NCBI GenBank assembly: GCA_013265495.1
Contig: MU057560.1
Span: 1,562,753 to 1,626,752 of the forward strand
From: Vicugna vicugna
Lineage: Eukaryota
Direction: 5' to 3'
Length of the DNA: 64,000 bases
The notes under the pieces were generated by a model. The model did no database searches, was not told where the DNA came from, and saw only the letters and a program-made list of their open reading frames with translations. The translations under genes and the position numbers were made by a program. This document shows positions 51,661 to 64,000 of the stretch, piece after piece (position 1 is the first letter of the stretch; each line of letters opens with the position of its first letter).

Positions 51661-53299
51661 TAAAAATTACAAAATGTTTAAAAACATTTGTACGTAAGTC
51701 CAAGGTATACAGCTGCCTCTCAGTATGTGGTTCTTTTTACTGCCGCTGTGGCCGCAGCTAGCCCTAGTATGGTTCACTAGTGTGCAAGGAGCGTGCCTGG
51801 GGCTGCACCACGTTATACATACATTTCCAAATAAGTTGTTAAACATTCACTTCAGAGTAGAGCGAACCTTACTCTTCATGTCCTGAAAATTCACTTTGGA
51901 GGGTTTTAGGACCCTTCTGACGTGCCCCCTCTTGCGGGGGGGTTATCATTTGAACGCCCACCGCATCGCGGAAGATGAGGCTCAGGTGCGGCTCCATGAA
52001 GCTCCGTGATATGGACCCAAAGGCCAGTCATCTTCTCCCAGTGCACCCCACGCGCCACGGTGGAGAGGGAGGGCGAGACAGCTCATGTCTGGAAGCGGAG
52101 GAAGGAGCACACACCACTCACTTGTCCGTGGAGGCAAAAAGGAGTAGCGGGGCGCCCACGCGGACCTCATCTTACAGCTCGAGCTTGTCCTCCTGGACGG
52201 ATGGCCCCGGCCTTTCCTCTGTGGCCCCGGGTTCTGCCCTCCAGGAGGGCACAGCTGCCTTGGCTTCCGAACAAGTGCCCTACCCACGGGCTGTGCAGCT
52301 TTGCAGCAGGGGTCCTGTTAGTATAGATCCAGGGATTCCACGTTCACAGGCTGTTAAAGACCAGGCTTTGGTTTTTACATGGTAGTAGATTTTTCTCAAA
52401 ATTTGCTAGGCTTCCAAACTATTTGCTTTCAGTCAATTACATAACAAGTAGCAAAACTTGACCTCTCCCCCTATGCAGACTGCCACATTTTCTGTTCAAT
52501 TTCTTTCCCAGCACCAAATTCTCTATCACTTTAAATGAGATGGGCATTTATTTCTCTCTCGTGAAAATAGTACAGAAGCAATATGCAACTCCTCACCCTG
52601 CAGGGACCCAGTTTTCCTTGCTCTTTCTGCTCTGCCTCACCAAAACTGGGCTTGCTCTCATGGATGTAGGTGCTCCAGACACAGGACAAAAATGGTTCAT
52701 AACTGCTCCTTTATTAAAGGAATCAATTTAATAAAGGAGGAGGCATATGAGACAGGCAACTATAAGTTTATACCATGCACAGTATTCATTTTTATATTTT
52801 GAATGACTACCTTATCTATTTTTCCAGAAAATGCAGCATCATCCCCTTTGCAGAGACAGAATTTCCAGGAAGGAAAGAGAAACTAGTAGAACCAAAATGT
52901 TCCCATAAGATGAGATCTATTTAGATAGTTGGCTTTCTGGCTTTCAACTCTCAGAAGCTACTGTATCAAATGTTAAGTAACCATTGTATTTGCAATAATA
53001 TTTTGAGTTGGTAACATATAAGAAAGTCCTATTTTTTTCCTTCAAAGAAGATCTTTTTGAAAGTTGACTTTAAAGCATCATAATGTGTTTTGGTCAAAAT
53101 TCTTTCTTAGTGGAGTGCATCTTAAATTGTTATGAAAGTCACATGTGACCTTGCAATTTCATAAACAGAAATCTGCTTTGCAGAAGCTCTGCAGAAAATA
53201 ATTCCATAAAACATACATATCTTATATGTTAAAAAAAAAACCCTAAGTTATAAACAAACCCTCTGCATTTTCTCTAGATCCAAAGAGATCAAGACAATA

Positions 53300-53460
53300 C
53301 TGAAATGGCACAGGGAACTACATTCAATATCTTGTAATAACCTTTAATGAAAAAGAGGATGAAAACGAATCTATGCGTGTGTCTGCGTGACTGGGACATT
53401 GGGCTGTGCTCCAGAGACTGACACATTGTAACTGACTCCCATTTTATATTGAAATAAAAA
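53300..53460 (+). mobile_element. L1 3'UTR fragment
   Basis: ggcacagggaactacattcaatatcttgtaataacctttaatgaaaaaga...gacacattgtaactgact. Confidence 0.85.
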
Positions 53461-53929
53461 CTGAAGTCATGGACATTAAGTACTGTGTTACCCACCTAGG
53501 TATTCTGCCCTTAAATCTCCACATGAATATCTTTTATTCATTTTATAAATTAATGTTTTATGACTACTGCTTTTCTCATATGCATATCATCAGAAGCCTG
53601 GTCTTTGTTATGGAGAACAAAACATTTCATATTTTATTTTTGTAATGGCACAGAATTACACCATATGTTAAATTCCTCTTAGTTAATGCAGCAAATTATG
53701 CATGTCTAAAGGGATTCACATATACTAGCAATGTTGTTTTTTAATTATGGAGACCATTTCTTTGATCTGTTGTCGTATGCGGTAAAGAGCAAATAGGAAA
53801 AAGACATAAATGCTATTTTTATTTTAAATGCTTACTGCTTCCCCATCTAAACAGTGCAAACATGCTCATTAGAGAACCGGGGAAATTAAGTGGCCCGTGT
53901 TGCAACAAACAGTCGCAACCACTGTTCAC

Positions 53930-54620
53930 ATTTCACGCTGGTGCCAATAATCTGCTCTTGACAACTTAGTTTTTCTCTCCCATCCTTCTCTCCCTTCTGA
54001 GTTCTCTCCATCAAAGTCATTAAAGTCCTCGTTTCTACTAGCAGTCTGTTTAAAACAATCTAGGCATTCTCTACTATTCCTTCCAAATTTTTTCCAGCTT
54101 CTATCTGTTGGCAAAGCTGCCTTCCTGTTTTTAGGTATTTCAAAGTTGGAACTGCTTTCTGTTGCCACTATAACAAATCACCACAATCTTGCCTGCTATG
54201 TGCAACACAAACATATCACAGTTCTGTAGGTTAGCTGCCCCACATGGGTCTCCGGGGACTAAAATCCAGATACAGCAGGGCTGCATTCCTTCCTGGGGGC
54301 GCTCGGGGGCGAGCCTCTTCCACCGGCGACCACCACCGTCCTGGGCTCAGGATCCTCCTCCTGTGCCAGCAGGGCCGACTCTCTCTTGCGCTTCTCCCGT
54401 AGCCACACCTCCTCCTGACGCTCCCCGCAGCCAAGAAAGGTTTTTTTAAAAGAGCTGATGTGATTAGATTAGACTCACTCGTTTAAGCTGGGGCAGCCCC
54501 CTCATCTCAAGGTCCAGATCTTAATCACACCTGCAGGGCTCCCTCTGACGTGCGGGGTCACACATTCACAGGGTTGGGGTGTGGGCATCTGTGGGGCACC
54601 ATTTCTGCCTCCTCCACTAC
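53930..54620 (-). mobile_element. MaLR element: MLT1 LTR (~54155-54620) plus adjacent internal sequence (~53930-54150)
   Basis: ataacaaatcaccacaa...cagggctgcattccttcctgg...catctcaaggtccagatcttaatcacacctgca; MLT1-int-like caatctaggcattctcta...tttttccagcttcta. Confidence 0.8.
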
Positions 54621-55329
54621 ATGAAATGCGTTTTCTAGTATTGTTCAATAATAGACGATTTTTAAATGATCCAACAGTTTCCTTCTGACGAGTGAAACAT
54701 CTTCCTTCCTCTATTTTATCTGATGCTGGGATTTGTGGGCAGATAGCAAATTTTTACGGACATCTCATTGCCCTTGAGGACCTTGATTAAGCATCACTTA
54801 CTTAGAGAAAGGTCTCCCCTCCTAGTTTTCCATAGACGTGCAGATTACAGTGAGTTCAAGCACAGTCAGTAATCCGGAGAAGAGGAGGCCGACGTTTCAT
54901 TACCAGCGGAGTCCAGCTAGAAGATCTGGCCCGAGCCCGGTCCCAGATGGCCCGCATCACCGCCGCTCGGGCCGAGCCAGAGAGGCTGCGCTTCTCCCTG
55001 TGAGACAGTGTGAGAGGAACCTTTCCCAATGTCTCAGAATCTCAGCGAAGGCCTCGGAGCTGAGGCTGGTGGGTCACAGGGCCCACGTTTCAGAGGGAGG
55101 AGCTGCACGCGGCCCCAGAGGGCACGCCGGGGCCACCACAGGGAGCCAGCACACATGCCAGAACTCCACCGCAGAGAGCTATTTGAAGAAAACAGATGGG
55201 AATAGAGGATGCTGCGTTGTATTGGGAGGAGAAGGAGGTGCCTGCTCCTTCAGTCCGATGAGGAAAACTGAAGAGACCGCACACAAATAACAATAGTTAT
55301 AATAATTATTGTAACAATAATAATAGTAA

Positions 55330-55570
55330 TTATTATTATTATTACTATACATTTTAAATGTTTACCATGTTCTTAATGCCCTTCTGAACTGATTCAATCT
55401 TCACAATTCTATGAAATGGATTTTATTATTTTCCTATTTTAAAGGTGAGTAAACTGAGACCCACAGATGTTAAGGGATGGCTTCTTGTAACACAGACCCT
55501 CGTCGGAGCTGGGAAAACTGATAGCTGTGGCCGGAGCCATGGAAGGGAGCTTCCAGGAGCACGTGACATC
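55330..55570 (-). mobile_element. MIR SINE
   Basis: ttcaatcttcacaattctatgaaatggattttattattttcctattttaaaggtgagtaaactgagacccacaga. Confidence 0.8.
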
Positions 55571-56539
55571 AGTGCCCCAAAGCCCCACAAAGTTCGGCGT
55601 CTGCCCTTCATTTAATCGAGTCTTAAAATGAGCATCTTGCTGGTGCACTGTCAGCGCGAGGAGGGAAAGGAGCGGGGAGAGCAGTGAGACTCGGGCGGAC
55701 GAGGATGGACGCGAGCTCCCAAGGCCGAGGCCGCTCCAGGGAGCCCCAAGTGTCAGCGGCCCTGAAGGGGACATTTCCAGGAGGGACGCCTTCCCAGGTG
55801 ACTTGCAGAATAGGATTAATGAGTCTACCTCATGGGGCGGCTGTGAGGACGAGACAATGAGTGGGAAGCACTTGGCAGGGCGCCTGACCTCTTGAATCCG
55901 AGTGACGGTCACCAGTGGCACAGACACAAGATATCCTGGCTCCACGGACATCTGGAGAGTTTTATTAGGCTGCACAGCATGTTTTTTCTCTGAGAGACTA
56001 CAGACTACAGCAGAAGGGTGATGCTTTCATTTATATTCCAAATCAAAACTACACCTACACGAAAAATAGAGGTTACAATGGAAGGACTGAAAACTATTCA
56101 TTATTCCTTTACTTTCTTTAAATATGCAACCAGTAGGCAGCTAATTCAATTTTTCAAAGTTTTCCTAGCTCCTATTTTGTGCTAGAATACGTGTAAAAGA
56201 GCTATCGTTCCTGGCTTTCAGAGACTCACAAGCACAGAAGGGAAGTAAATTACTCAAATACAAGTCAAATAAAAGAGCTTTGAAATGTATGACAGATGAA
56301 CATTTTACTATTACCTCAAACCACAGGGAGGGAGTGGGACCGCGTGCAAGGGAAGGGAACACACACGCGGGCACCGTGACTGCGGGTGTGAAGGGCCCCA
56401 GGGAGTCTAACCTCCAGCCTCCTCTTTTCTTGGGAAGGTGGGAGTCATAGACCGAAAGACACCAAATGCCAGGCTGACGAAGTCTATTTATGACGGGAAT
56501 TTTGGGGACATTTTTAAAGACAAAATTGCATCAGAGTAG

Positions 56540-56870
56540 TATGAATTGATGGCAAAAAGGGTTTGTCCTGTTTAGGAGAGACGAAGAGAGCAGAGAACAC
56601 GGCACGGAGACGTGGCAGGAAAGCACCCGAGATGTCCTCACCGGGACGAGAGGCGGCAAGTTCCTGACAGAGACTGTGGGGTTGGTGAGAAGACCGAGCA
56701 CGTCAGGGGCTTGGGGAGGTGCGATGGCCGACGTTAATAACACTGTTTGGGGAAATTCGATAGTGGAAAATACAGTGAATATGGAAAACGACTTTCTTCA
56801 AAAGCAATTTCATAATATAATGGAGAAGACAAAAGGGTTGGTGCAATGGGAGCCATTAACAAGAAAATAA
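56540..56870 (-). mobile_element. Degenerate L2 fragment
   Basis: Purine-rich antisense-L2-like tract; weak similarity only. Confidence 0.4.
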
Positions 56871-59689
56871 TGAAGCTCTGAATCTGCCTGTGTATTAACT
56901 AACCAAACAATACGGAAACTTCCAGAGTCTAGCAAAAACGGAATATAAATGAAGCTGTGGGACCACAAAGCATAAACATGGCCATCGTCTACTGCCCGAC
57001 TCCGATATTTCTGGGAAAATGAGAGAAGGGGCAGTGCTGCCGTGGCTACCATCTCAAAAGTTTGACCAACAAAGTCTATTCTAAAGGAAGCAATCTTACA
57101 CATTTCCAGAGCGTTTAGGGGTCCTAGGCATCAGATGAAATTTTTACTTTTATGCCCAGCATAGCAGTAGAGAAAGGGGAAAGCAGATCTTATTTGAGGC
57201 CATTTGCCTATTCCTCCCGGACCCAAGACGCTGCGTGGAGGAAGTAAGTTAGCTGTCACTTACGTTTCGGCCAAGCTGGGAAAATGGAGTGAGTAGAATC
57301 ATCAGCAGTGACTGTGTCAGATTTTTTGCAGAGAAAGCACGTTTATAACATAGATGTTAAAGTGGGCATTTCAGCATTAGGACAACCGTTTAATACGCAT
57401 TTGCAGTGATTCAAAAAATACCACCTTCCATGTATGAAAACAGTAATTTTTCACAGACATTGTGCTAACTTTGCACTGGCTCCTTCACCAAACTGTAGGA
57501 TGGCTCTGTATCCACATACATCATATTTTGATTCTGCCAGCAAGGAATTTATAACACCTAAAATTTTGATATCACAGTTTGGGGAGCTACACAGGGCTAT
57601 TATTTACTTACCTGTACTGAGTTTGCATAGTAAAAAAAAAACAAACAAACGTGGTAATTATGAGCCAGCTGTGTGGGAGTGGGGCTGTGCATTATCTTTC
57701 CAATTATTACGAGATTAGTTTGTGTTGTAATGAATCTCTCATCTTAATTTTATGATTTTATTACATTTTCCTAAAGGAACATCCAAAAGAAAAAGTCTTC
57801 AGTTAGGTATTAAGGAAACACCTTACTTTCACATCTTAAGTTATGAGTTTGGTCTTGAACCTAGAGTGTACATTCAGCAGAGAAGGAACCATCAAACTCA
57901 TAAACTTTATGTCGTTTTCTAACACAAATCACAAGTCCAGTGTTTTGTTCACTTACGTAAAGAAGTTTTCCTTGAGGTAGGAACACGCTCACTATTCATA
58001 ACGTAAGCATGAGCAAACACCAGGCACGTGTACACAGTGAGACCACATTGGATTTCCGAAGAACTGTGATCTAGAAAGACAGAAACCGCGGGACGTGAAG
58101 TGAAACGCAGCTTGCTTGTCGCTCCCCGTGGCCGAGAGGGCAAGGCTGCCCGAGTCACGGCGCCACGCAGGCAGCTCGGACCCTGCGGCGTCACTGGGGA
58201 AAAGCCACCGTCCCTAACAGAGAGAAGGACTTGCAGTTCAAGAAGCAGTGGGGCAGAAGTAGAAGTAAACTTACGTACAGCTCACTTTTATCCTTTGAAA
58301 CTGCAGGAAGGAAGTGGGCTATGGCCAGCGTTTGGCTTCTGTTTCATCTCATTCCCCGTAAAAAAAAAATCAAAGCTACTGCCCACCTTTTGTGAGAAAT
58401 CAGCAGAAAATAACCTGCGTTGTAAGCTTCCTGATGAAATGCAAGTGTGTTACGTTAATCACACGGAGCCGTGAGCAGCCCAGGTCTACCTCAGACCTGA
58501 ACTGGGCGGTTCGTAAACTGGGTTCTAGTCAAAACCTCGGGATCCTAAAACTCGTGGGTTAGGTCATTTGAAGCTCTGTTTTCTCCTTAGCACTTTCCTG
58601 AGGAAATAGCAGCCCCAGATAACCTCATTTGAACAATTAATTTCAGTTTAGGGAAACTGTCTCATTTATTGGTGGTAATAAAACCACAGCTTCGTTAAAA
58701 TATGTGGATTAACTGCTCCAAGTCTCTTTACCAGTTCTCCGCACACATCTATGCAGTGTGAATGTGGCAAATATTCAAGTGCTCTTTACAGAAACAGATG
58801 GTTAGACACAATTAATAAGGAGCCTTGAGTTATTTGCATATTCATTAGATAATATCAGTTATTCCTCAGCCAGAACAAAGAATTACACAAATGGCATTCA
58901 TGTTTCCTCCCATTAACACATTATTAAAAGCAAAATGTCTGTGTTAAAAATGAGACCGAGAGTGATCCTTGACTGCATATCAAACTAGCATCATCCATTT
59001 GGGTTTTTAATGTGATAATAAAAGCATGTCGCCCCCGTGTAATTTATTCCCACTTTTGTAACAGACAGTCCACAAAGACACAGCCTCGCATTACACGGCG
59101 CCTCCCCCCACGCTTGTTCTGGCCCGTACACATGATCGCCGGGAGCGAAGTCAGGTCAGGAAAAATCAAGTTCTCATTTTAGCTTAAAAAAAAAAAATTG
59201 GCCAGAGGGCTAGAGAGAGAACTAAAAAACTAAAAACCTTGGTAACTCTGGAACCAATTTAAAAACTCCTTTTGATGACTCTTTTCTTGGTAATAAACAG
59301 AAAAAAATTACAGATAAAAACATCAAATCATAATTTAGAATGAAATAATTATAACAGGCTAACTAGTTCATTTTCCATCTAATTTAAATAAATTTAAATA
59401 AAACTATCTTGTCTTTATTCTATGGATTTTTTACTATCATTTACCTTGTCTTTAAGATACAAGGATGCCTGAGAAACTGTCAGAAATTGAAAATAAATGA
59501 ACTTAGCATGAATCAAAAAAATCAAATAAAGCCATTTCTATACAAAGAGCTAGTTTTTGGAGGGTAAACAAAGGCACTTGTGAGGGAAACACAACGTGTA
59601 GTCACTGTGCCACAGCCAACACTTTGCACCAACCTGAGTGATGGGAGTGATTGCCTCTTAGAATCGTGCCCCCATTGAGACAAACTCCA

Positions 59690-59910
59690 GCTGTGGGTAG
59701 CTATTTGAGTTTATATTTTAATTACAATTAAATAAGAATTAAAATGTGGTTCTTCGGTCACACCAGCCACACTTTGGTGCTCTGTAACCACGTGCTCAGT
59801 GGCCACTGGGCTGGACGGCAAGGTGCAGGGTGTCCCCCATCACAGGCTGGATGGCAAGGTGCAGGGTGTCCCCCGTCGCAGAAAGAGGAGCAGGCAACAC
59901 TGTTCTAGAA
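59690..59910. mobile_element. MER3/MER33-like hAT-Charlie element with internal 36-bp tandem duplication
   Basis: aattaaataagaattaaaa...cggtcacaccagccacactttggtgctctgtaaccacgtg...cactgttctaga. Confidence 0.75.
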
Positions 59911-62870
59911 GCTTCCTACGTAAGACGGACAGGATTGACAGACAACCGGAAATGACTTGCAGACTGTAAAGAAACAGTAAATCACTACACTAATAAATGG
60001 TGTTATTTATACCGGAAAAGTTAAAAGTGAAGATAATGTAACAAATGACACGAAAAAGGGGGAGTAGTTCAGAGTCATTCAGGAAGGAATTTCAAAATCT
60101 AGGCTGAATAAATTAACAGGGCATTCCATCCACTTAACCTATTTAATATTTTTATAATTATTACATAATGTTTTTGCAAGTTTTCAAGAAAATATTTTTA
60201 TTAGACCATCCTTCTTAAGGTTTGAGATAAAAAAGAAAACAGAAATTAACATGTACGACCTGGCATTTATCCAGCAAGGATTTAGTTTATGTCAAGAATC
60301 TCTAGGTTTAAGATTAAAAGATGCATGTTGTTTTCTCCTAAAAGAGCTACAGACACACTTACAGGTAAACAGGCCAATTAAAATAGATGGTGGGGAGTCC
60401 GTGCCGTGTCGTGGGACTTGACACATGTGACTGAGCAACAGGAAACTCAGATGGAGAATTCATTTTACAAGGAAGGGAAACCTAATGGAAACAAAGACAT
60501 TAAGAAGGAAATCGAGAGGCAAAGCCAAGCTGGAGAAGGTAGAGGGGGAGGTACACACAGAATAGGAAGGGAGGCGCTGAAGATTGCCTATATTCTTAGG
60601 ACGACAGAAGAGAGGAGAAACCAGAGCACAGATGAGATTTGGTGCAAAGAAGCAGGAAGTCCCGCCCAGCTCAGCTCATCAGAGTCCCCGCCCAGATGTT
60701 GTCGAGTCGGGTGTCACCATTTCTTACGTAATTTTAAGGCAAAAACTCACAAGCGACAGTGGGACCAGCAATCCAGGTGGAGTCACCCAGGGTGCATCTG
60801 GGTGAGGGGACCTTGGGCAGGGTCTGGGTGGGCACGGGGGTGTGGGGAGCAAGGCTGGGCACACAGAAGGAGCTCGGGGAGGGGACACAGTTGACTTTGC
60901 CTCCCACTCTGGAAGGTGGACTGAGCTGTGTCCAGATAGGAGTTCTGTGTGCAGAGGGGCGATGCCTCCCGCCCACCACAAATCCCCACCGCCCCTCCCA
61001 CTCCCCAGCTTTATTTGTGGCACAAACGCTGGCCAATGTTACGGAAAACAGCTTATTAAATATAGTTCCCCTAAAGTTATTTTATGATATATCTCCAGCT
61101 GGATTTAAAGCTGATCTCAGATAACCAGTAATCATTCTAAATTTTTTAATGCTATTAATAATGCATCATGAAGCAGATCATCAAAGACCTGCAGGAATTA
61201 GAAGCCAGTGTCACTGTGAGCATTATTGCTGGTTGATTTTCTTTGCCAAGATGACACGTGGTGGAAGGTCTGGCTTAGCCATGGTTTTCCTAGCATCTCT
61301 CGTGTCTGGAGTTCCTTCCCTGCACAGAGCAGAAATGACTTACGGGAGTCCATTCTTGAATTACAGCTAGCCCATCCTCAATTAAAAGGAGTAGCTGATT
61401 TAACCGCTACGTCATACGTTCTAAAGTGGGGCTGCCTGATTGTTGGTCCCACTCACACAAATTACAGGAATCACTATTTTAGCAAACCTTTGATCTCACT
61501 CCTGCCACATGCTCCTTAGCTCCCTTACCTGGGGTCCCTGCTTTGTGCAGGGCGGGAGCGCCTCCTGAGACCCAGCGGACTCTGCACCCCAGCACAGGGC
61601 TGGACCCTGGACTCAGGTGCTCACCTCTCCCAGGGCTCCTCGCTGAAGAAAAGGAGACTAGAATCAACTCTGCCTGTGTTCACAGCCGGGTGGGGATCGC
61701 TGGGACCCAGGTGCGCATGTGCTTCCCGTATTTTAAATGTCAGATCTGAAAACAGAAAAAAAATTTAACAACCCTGAAATTAGGTCTAGAGGTTGTCTTG
61801 TTTCTTAAACACACACACACACCCCTCACAACCTCCCCAACCCTGAGACACACTGCTCGACGTAACTCCACTATAAAAATAATACTTTTTTGAGAGTTGA
61901 AAGTTTTATTTGAGTGGAAAACGTGTGTTCAAATTTTCTCATGCATCAGGTGAAATTGGAAGATAATCAGTGTAGGGAAAAAATTGCTGAATATCATCTA
62001 GGACATCGTGTTCCTCTGGGGGAAGGACCACATCACACTTACATCAGAAAGAGGCAAGTGCACCGGCGTGTTCAGGCCCTGGTAGACACACACACACACA
62101 CACTCACACACACGCACGTTTTCTTAGTTAATTCTCACAGTCTCCCTATGACATCTAACAAAAACTCTCATCTTTATTTGTAAATAAAAATAATACTCTC
62201 CGTCCTGCGGGACTTCTCTATGATTAATGACGTGTTGAGTGAAGACACACAAAGAGGCGGAGGTGACAGGGGAAGCTCGGACGCTGAGCGAGCAGCAGAA
62301 GCAGGATTCAGGTCATGGGTACGGATAAGGCTGTGCTCCTGTGACACTGAGTGGTGTCCTTTATGTTGCAACCATGTGTAAGCTGCTGGGAGCGAACCTC
62401 TCGTTTGAGGGGAAGAGACTTTCCCTCCGTGGTGGCTCTCAGAATAGGGTGAATGATTATGAAGAAGGGATGAAGACACCGCTTGCACTCGATAGATTTC
62501 CAGGATCAAAACTTGAGCTTTGACAGACGCCTCTGAAGGAAAGCAGTGCAGGTAATAACCAGGACCTGCAGGTGTGCAGACGAGCACCTTGTGCCTACTT
62601 CTCAGCAGGTTCAAAGCAGTTCACTATGGGGTCAAAATTGACATTTAGAACCTGTAATAAATGCTTTTTTCCAAATACCCAATTTTGCTAGCTTACGGTA
62701 TTATAACAATTTTACCTATTTAACTCTCTTTCTAGAGAATGAGATTAAACCAGGAGACATAAAACAGTTTGATTTGGAAAGTCCATTTGTGACGTGACTA
62801 AGAAAATTCACCATTACATTTGTCAATAAATAGAGCAATTTTAACATTTGAATTTTTTTCCTCCTTAGGC

Positions 62871-63020
62871 TTTTTTAAAATTGAAGTATAGTTGATGTAC
62901 AACATTGTGTAACTTACAGGTGTACAATATAGTGATTCACAATTTTTAAAGGTCATACTCCATTTATTGTTATGATATTGGCTACATATCCTGCACAATG
63001 TGCCCTTATAGCTGATTTTG
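62871..63020 (-). mobile_element. L1 3' end
   Basis: ttttttaaaattgaagtatagttgatgtacaacattgtgtaacttacaggtgtacaatatagtgattcacaatttttaaaggtcatactcc. Confidence 0.85.
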
Positions 63021-64000
63021 AATTTTTGCAAACTTTATTTTTAAGCTTTTTTACCATCCTACAAGAGTAAACCTTCACAAGGATGCGATTGCCAAAGTTT
63101 GAAGAGATCAACTTAAAAGTCTTGGTATGAGGAATTTCAAGCATAAAATTGAATATGATACATTATGTTCCTGGAAATATGCTCAGGTTTCCCACTTAAA
63201 CTTTTGAGATTATTTTATTGGGAAGTTTTATACAAATTCAATCTTATTTAAATGGATTTTTTTCTGTACTTTAATGTAAAACAATTTTTCCAGCTTTTCT
63301 CAATACTCATCCTTAGGGGAAAGAAACTACCTTCAAACAGCCAATCAGTTCACAATGCTCATTCTTCTAAATGTACCTGAAAATCTATCCAGGGCTTTCT
63401 TTTCCTTTAATTTTTCTTTTCAAATTACACGTAAAAAATCCCAGTGATAAATACATGCTTTCTTTCAAATAAATATATCTCTTCAAAGAAAGTAGTTAAA
63501 ATCTATTTTACAGATTATACCATGAAACATTCGTTCCAATACAGTCAGTCCTCATCTTATTTCATTTCATAAAATATTTAATATTTTCTACCTCCTGTTA
63601 AAAAGCAAAATCACATGCTAAGTGGTGGGCCCAATTAAGCTTTTAGTGTTTTTCATCTTTCTTTTACATTAAAACATAAGAAATGTTTTATCATGACGTT
63701 CATGACATCTGTAGACTTATTTACAAATTTGAAAAATTTAAACTCATTTAACAATATCTAAAATCTCAACATCATTGTCACACACGTATACACACTGAGC
63801 AAAGCATATAATGCACTGATCTTCCCAATTAATTAAAATTGTAGCTACAGGGTATATTTCACAATTAAAGATTAAGCAAAGAATAACTGCATACAAATTT
63901 ATTCTTGCTTTTAGAATTTATCTAAAACATAAATCAGGCATATCAAATCTAGACATTTTAAATATTGGCTTCTTTTGTAATTATTCTAACAAGTTGCATT

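Larger units (their letters stand above)
51285..51740 (+). mobile_element. MIR split by nested L1 tail and SINE
   Basis: cctgagcctcattgctctcatctctgaaatgggga (MIR core) to ~51425; probable MIR tail resumes ~51690. Confidence 0.6.

Noticed and set aside
60406..60894. 162-aa plus-strand ORF
   Set aside because: Non-ATG start, purine-rich compositional bias, no recognisable domain or flanking splice structure.
1..64000. Prokaryotic-type systems (CRISPR arrays, operons, IS elements), NUMTs or endogenous viral coding regions
   Set aside because: No regularly spaced direct repeats, gene-dense blocks, mitochondrial-like or gag/pol/env sequence seen; the content is mammalian intergenic DNA.

Overview
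Mammalian genomic DNA, most likely camelid: it carries two tRNA-derived Vic-1-type SINEs and camelid-style L1 3'UTRs. The window is gene-poor and repeat-rich (L1, L2, MIR, MaLR/ERVL LTRs, MER3/MER5/MER58 DNA-transposon fossils). I could not confidently identify any protein-coding or structural RNA gene; the long ORFs in the track come from L1 or from GC-rich patches. The most striking signal is a series of sharply bounded 0.4-1.7 kb GC/CpG peaks (~6.0-6.6, 22.9-23.3, 27.1-27.5, 39.3-39.8 and 47.6-49.35 kb). In four of them the CpG-rich DNA is still recognisably an ancient MIR, L2 or L1ME fossil with A/T positions largely replaced by G/C. They look like CpG islands created de novo by GC-biased gene conversion at long-lived recombination hotspots. 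The largest peak contains a short interstitial telomeric repeat and long stop-free ORFs. Also present are two twin-primed (5'-inverted) young L1 insertions with intact TSDs, a three-level nested insertion, candidate enhancer-like non-coding blocks and weak signs of a minus-strand spliced transcript at the right end. Repeat consensus comparisons are from memory and boundaries are approximate.
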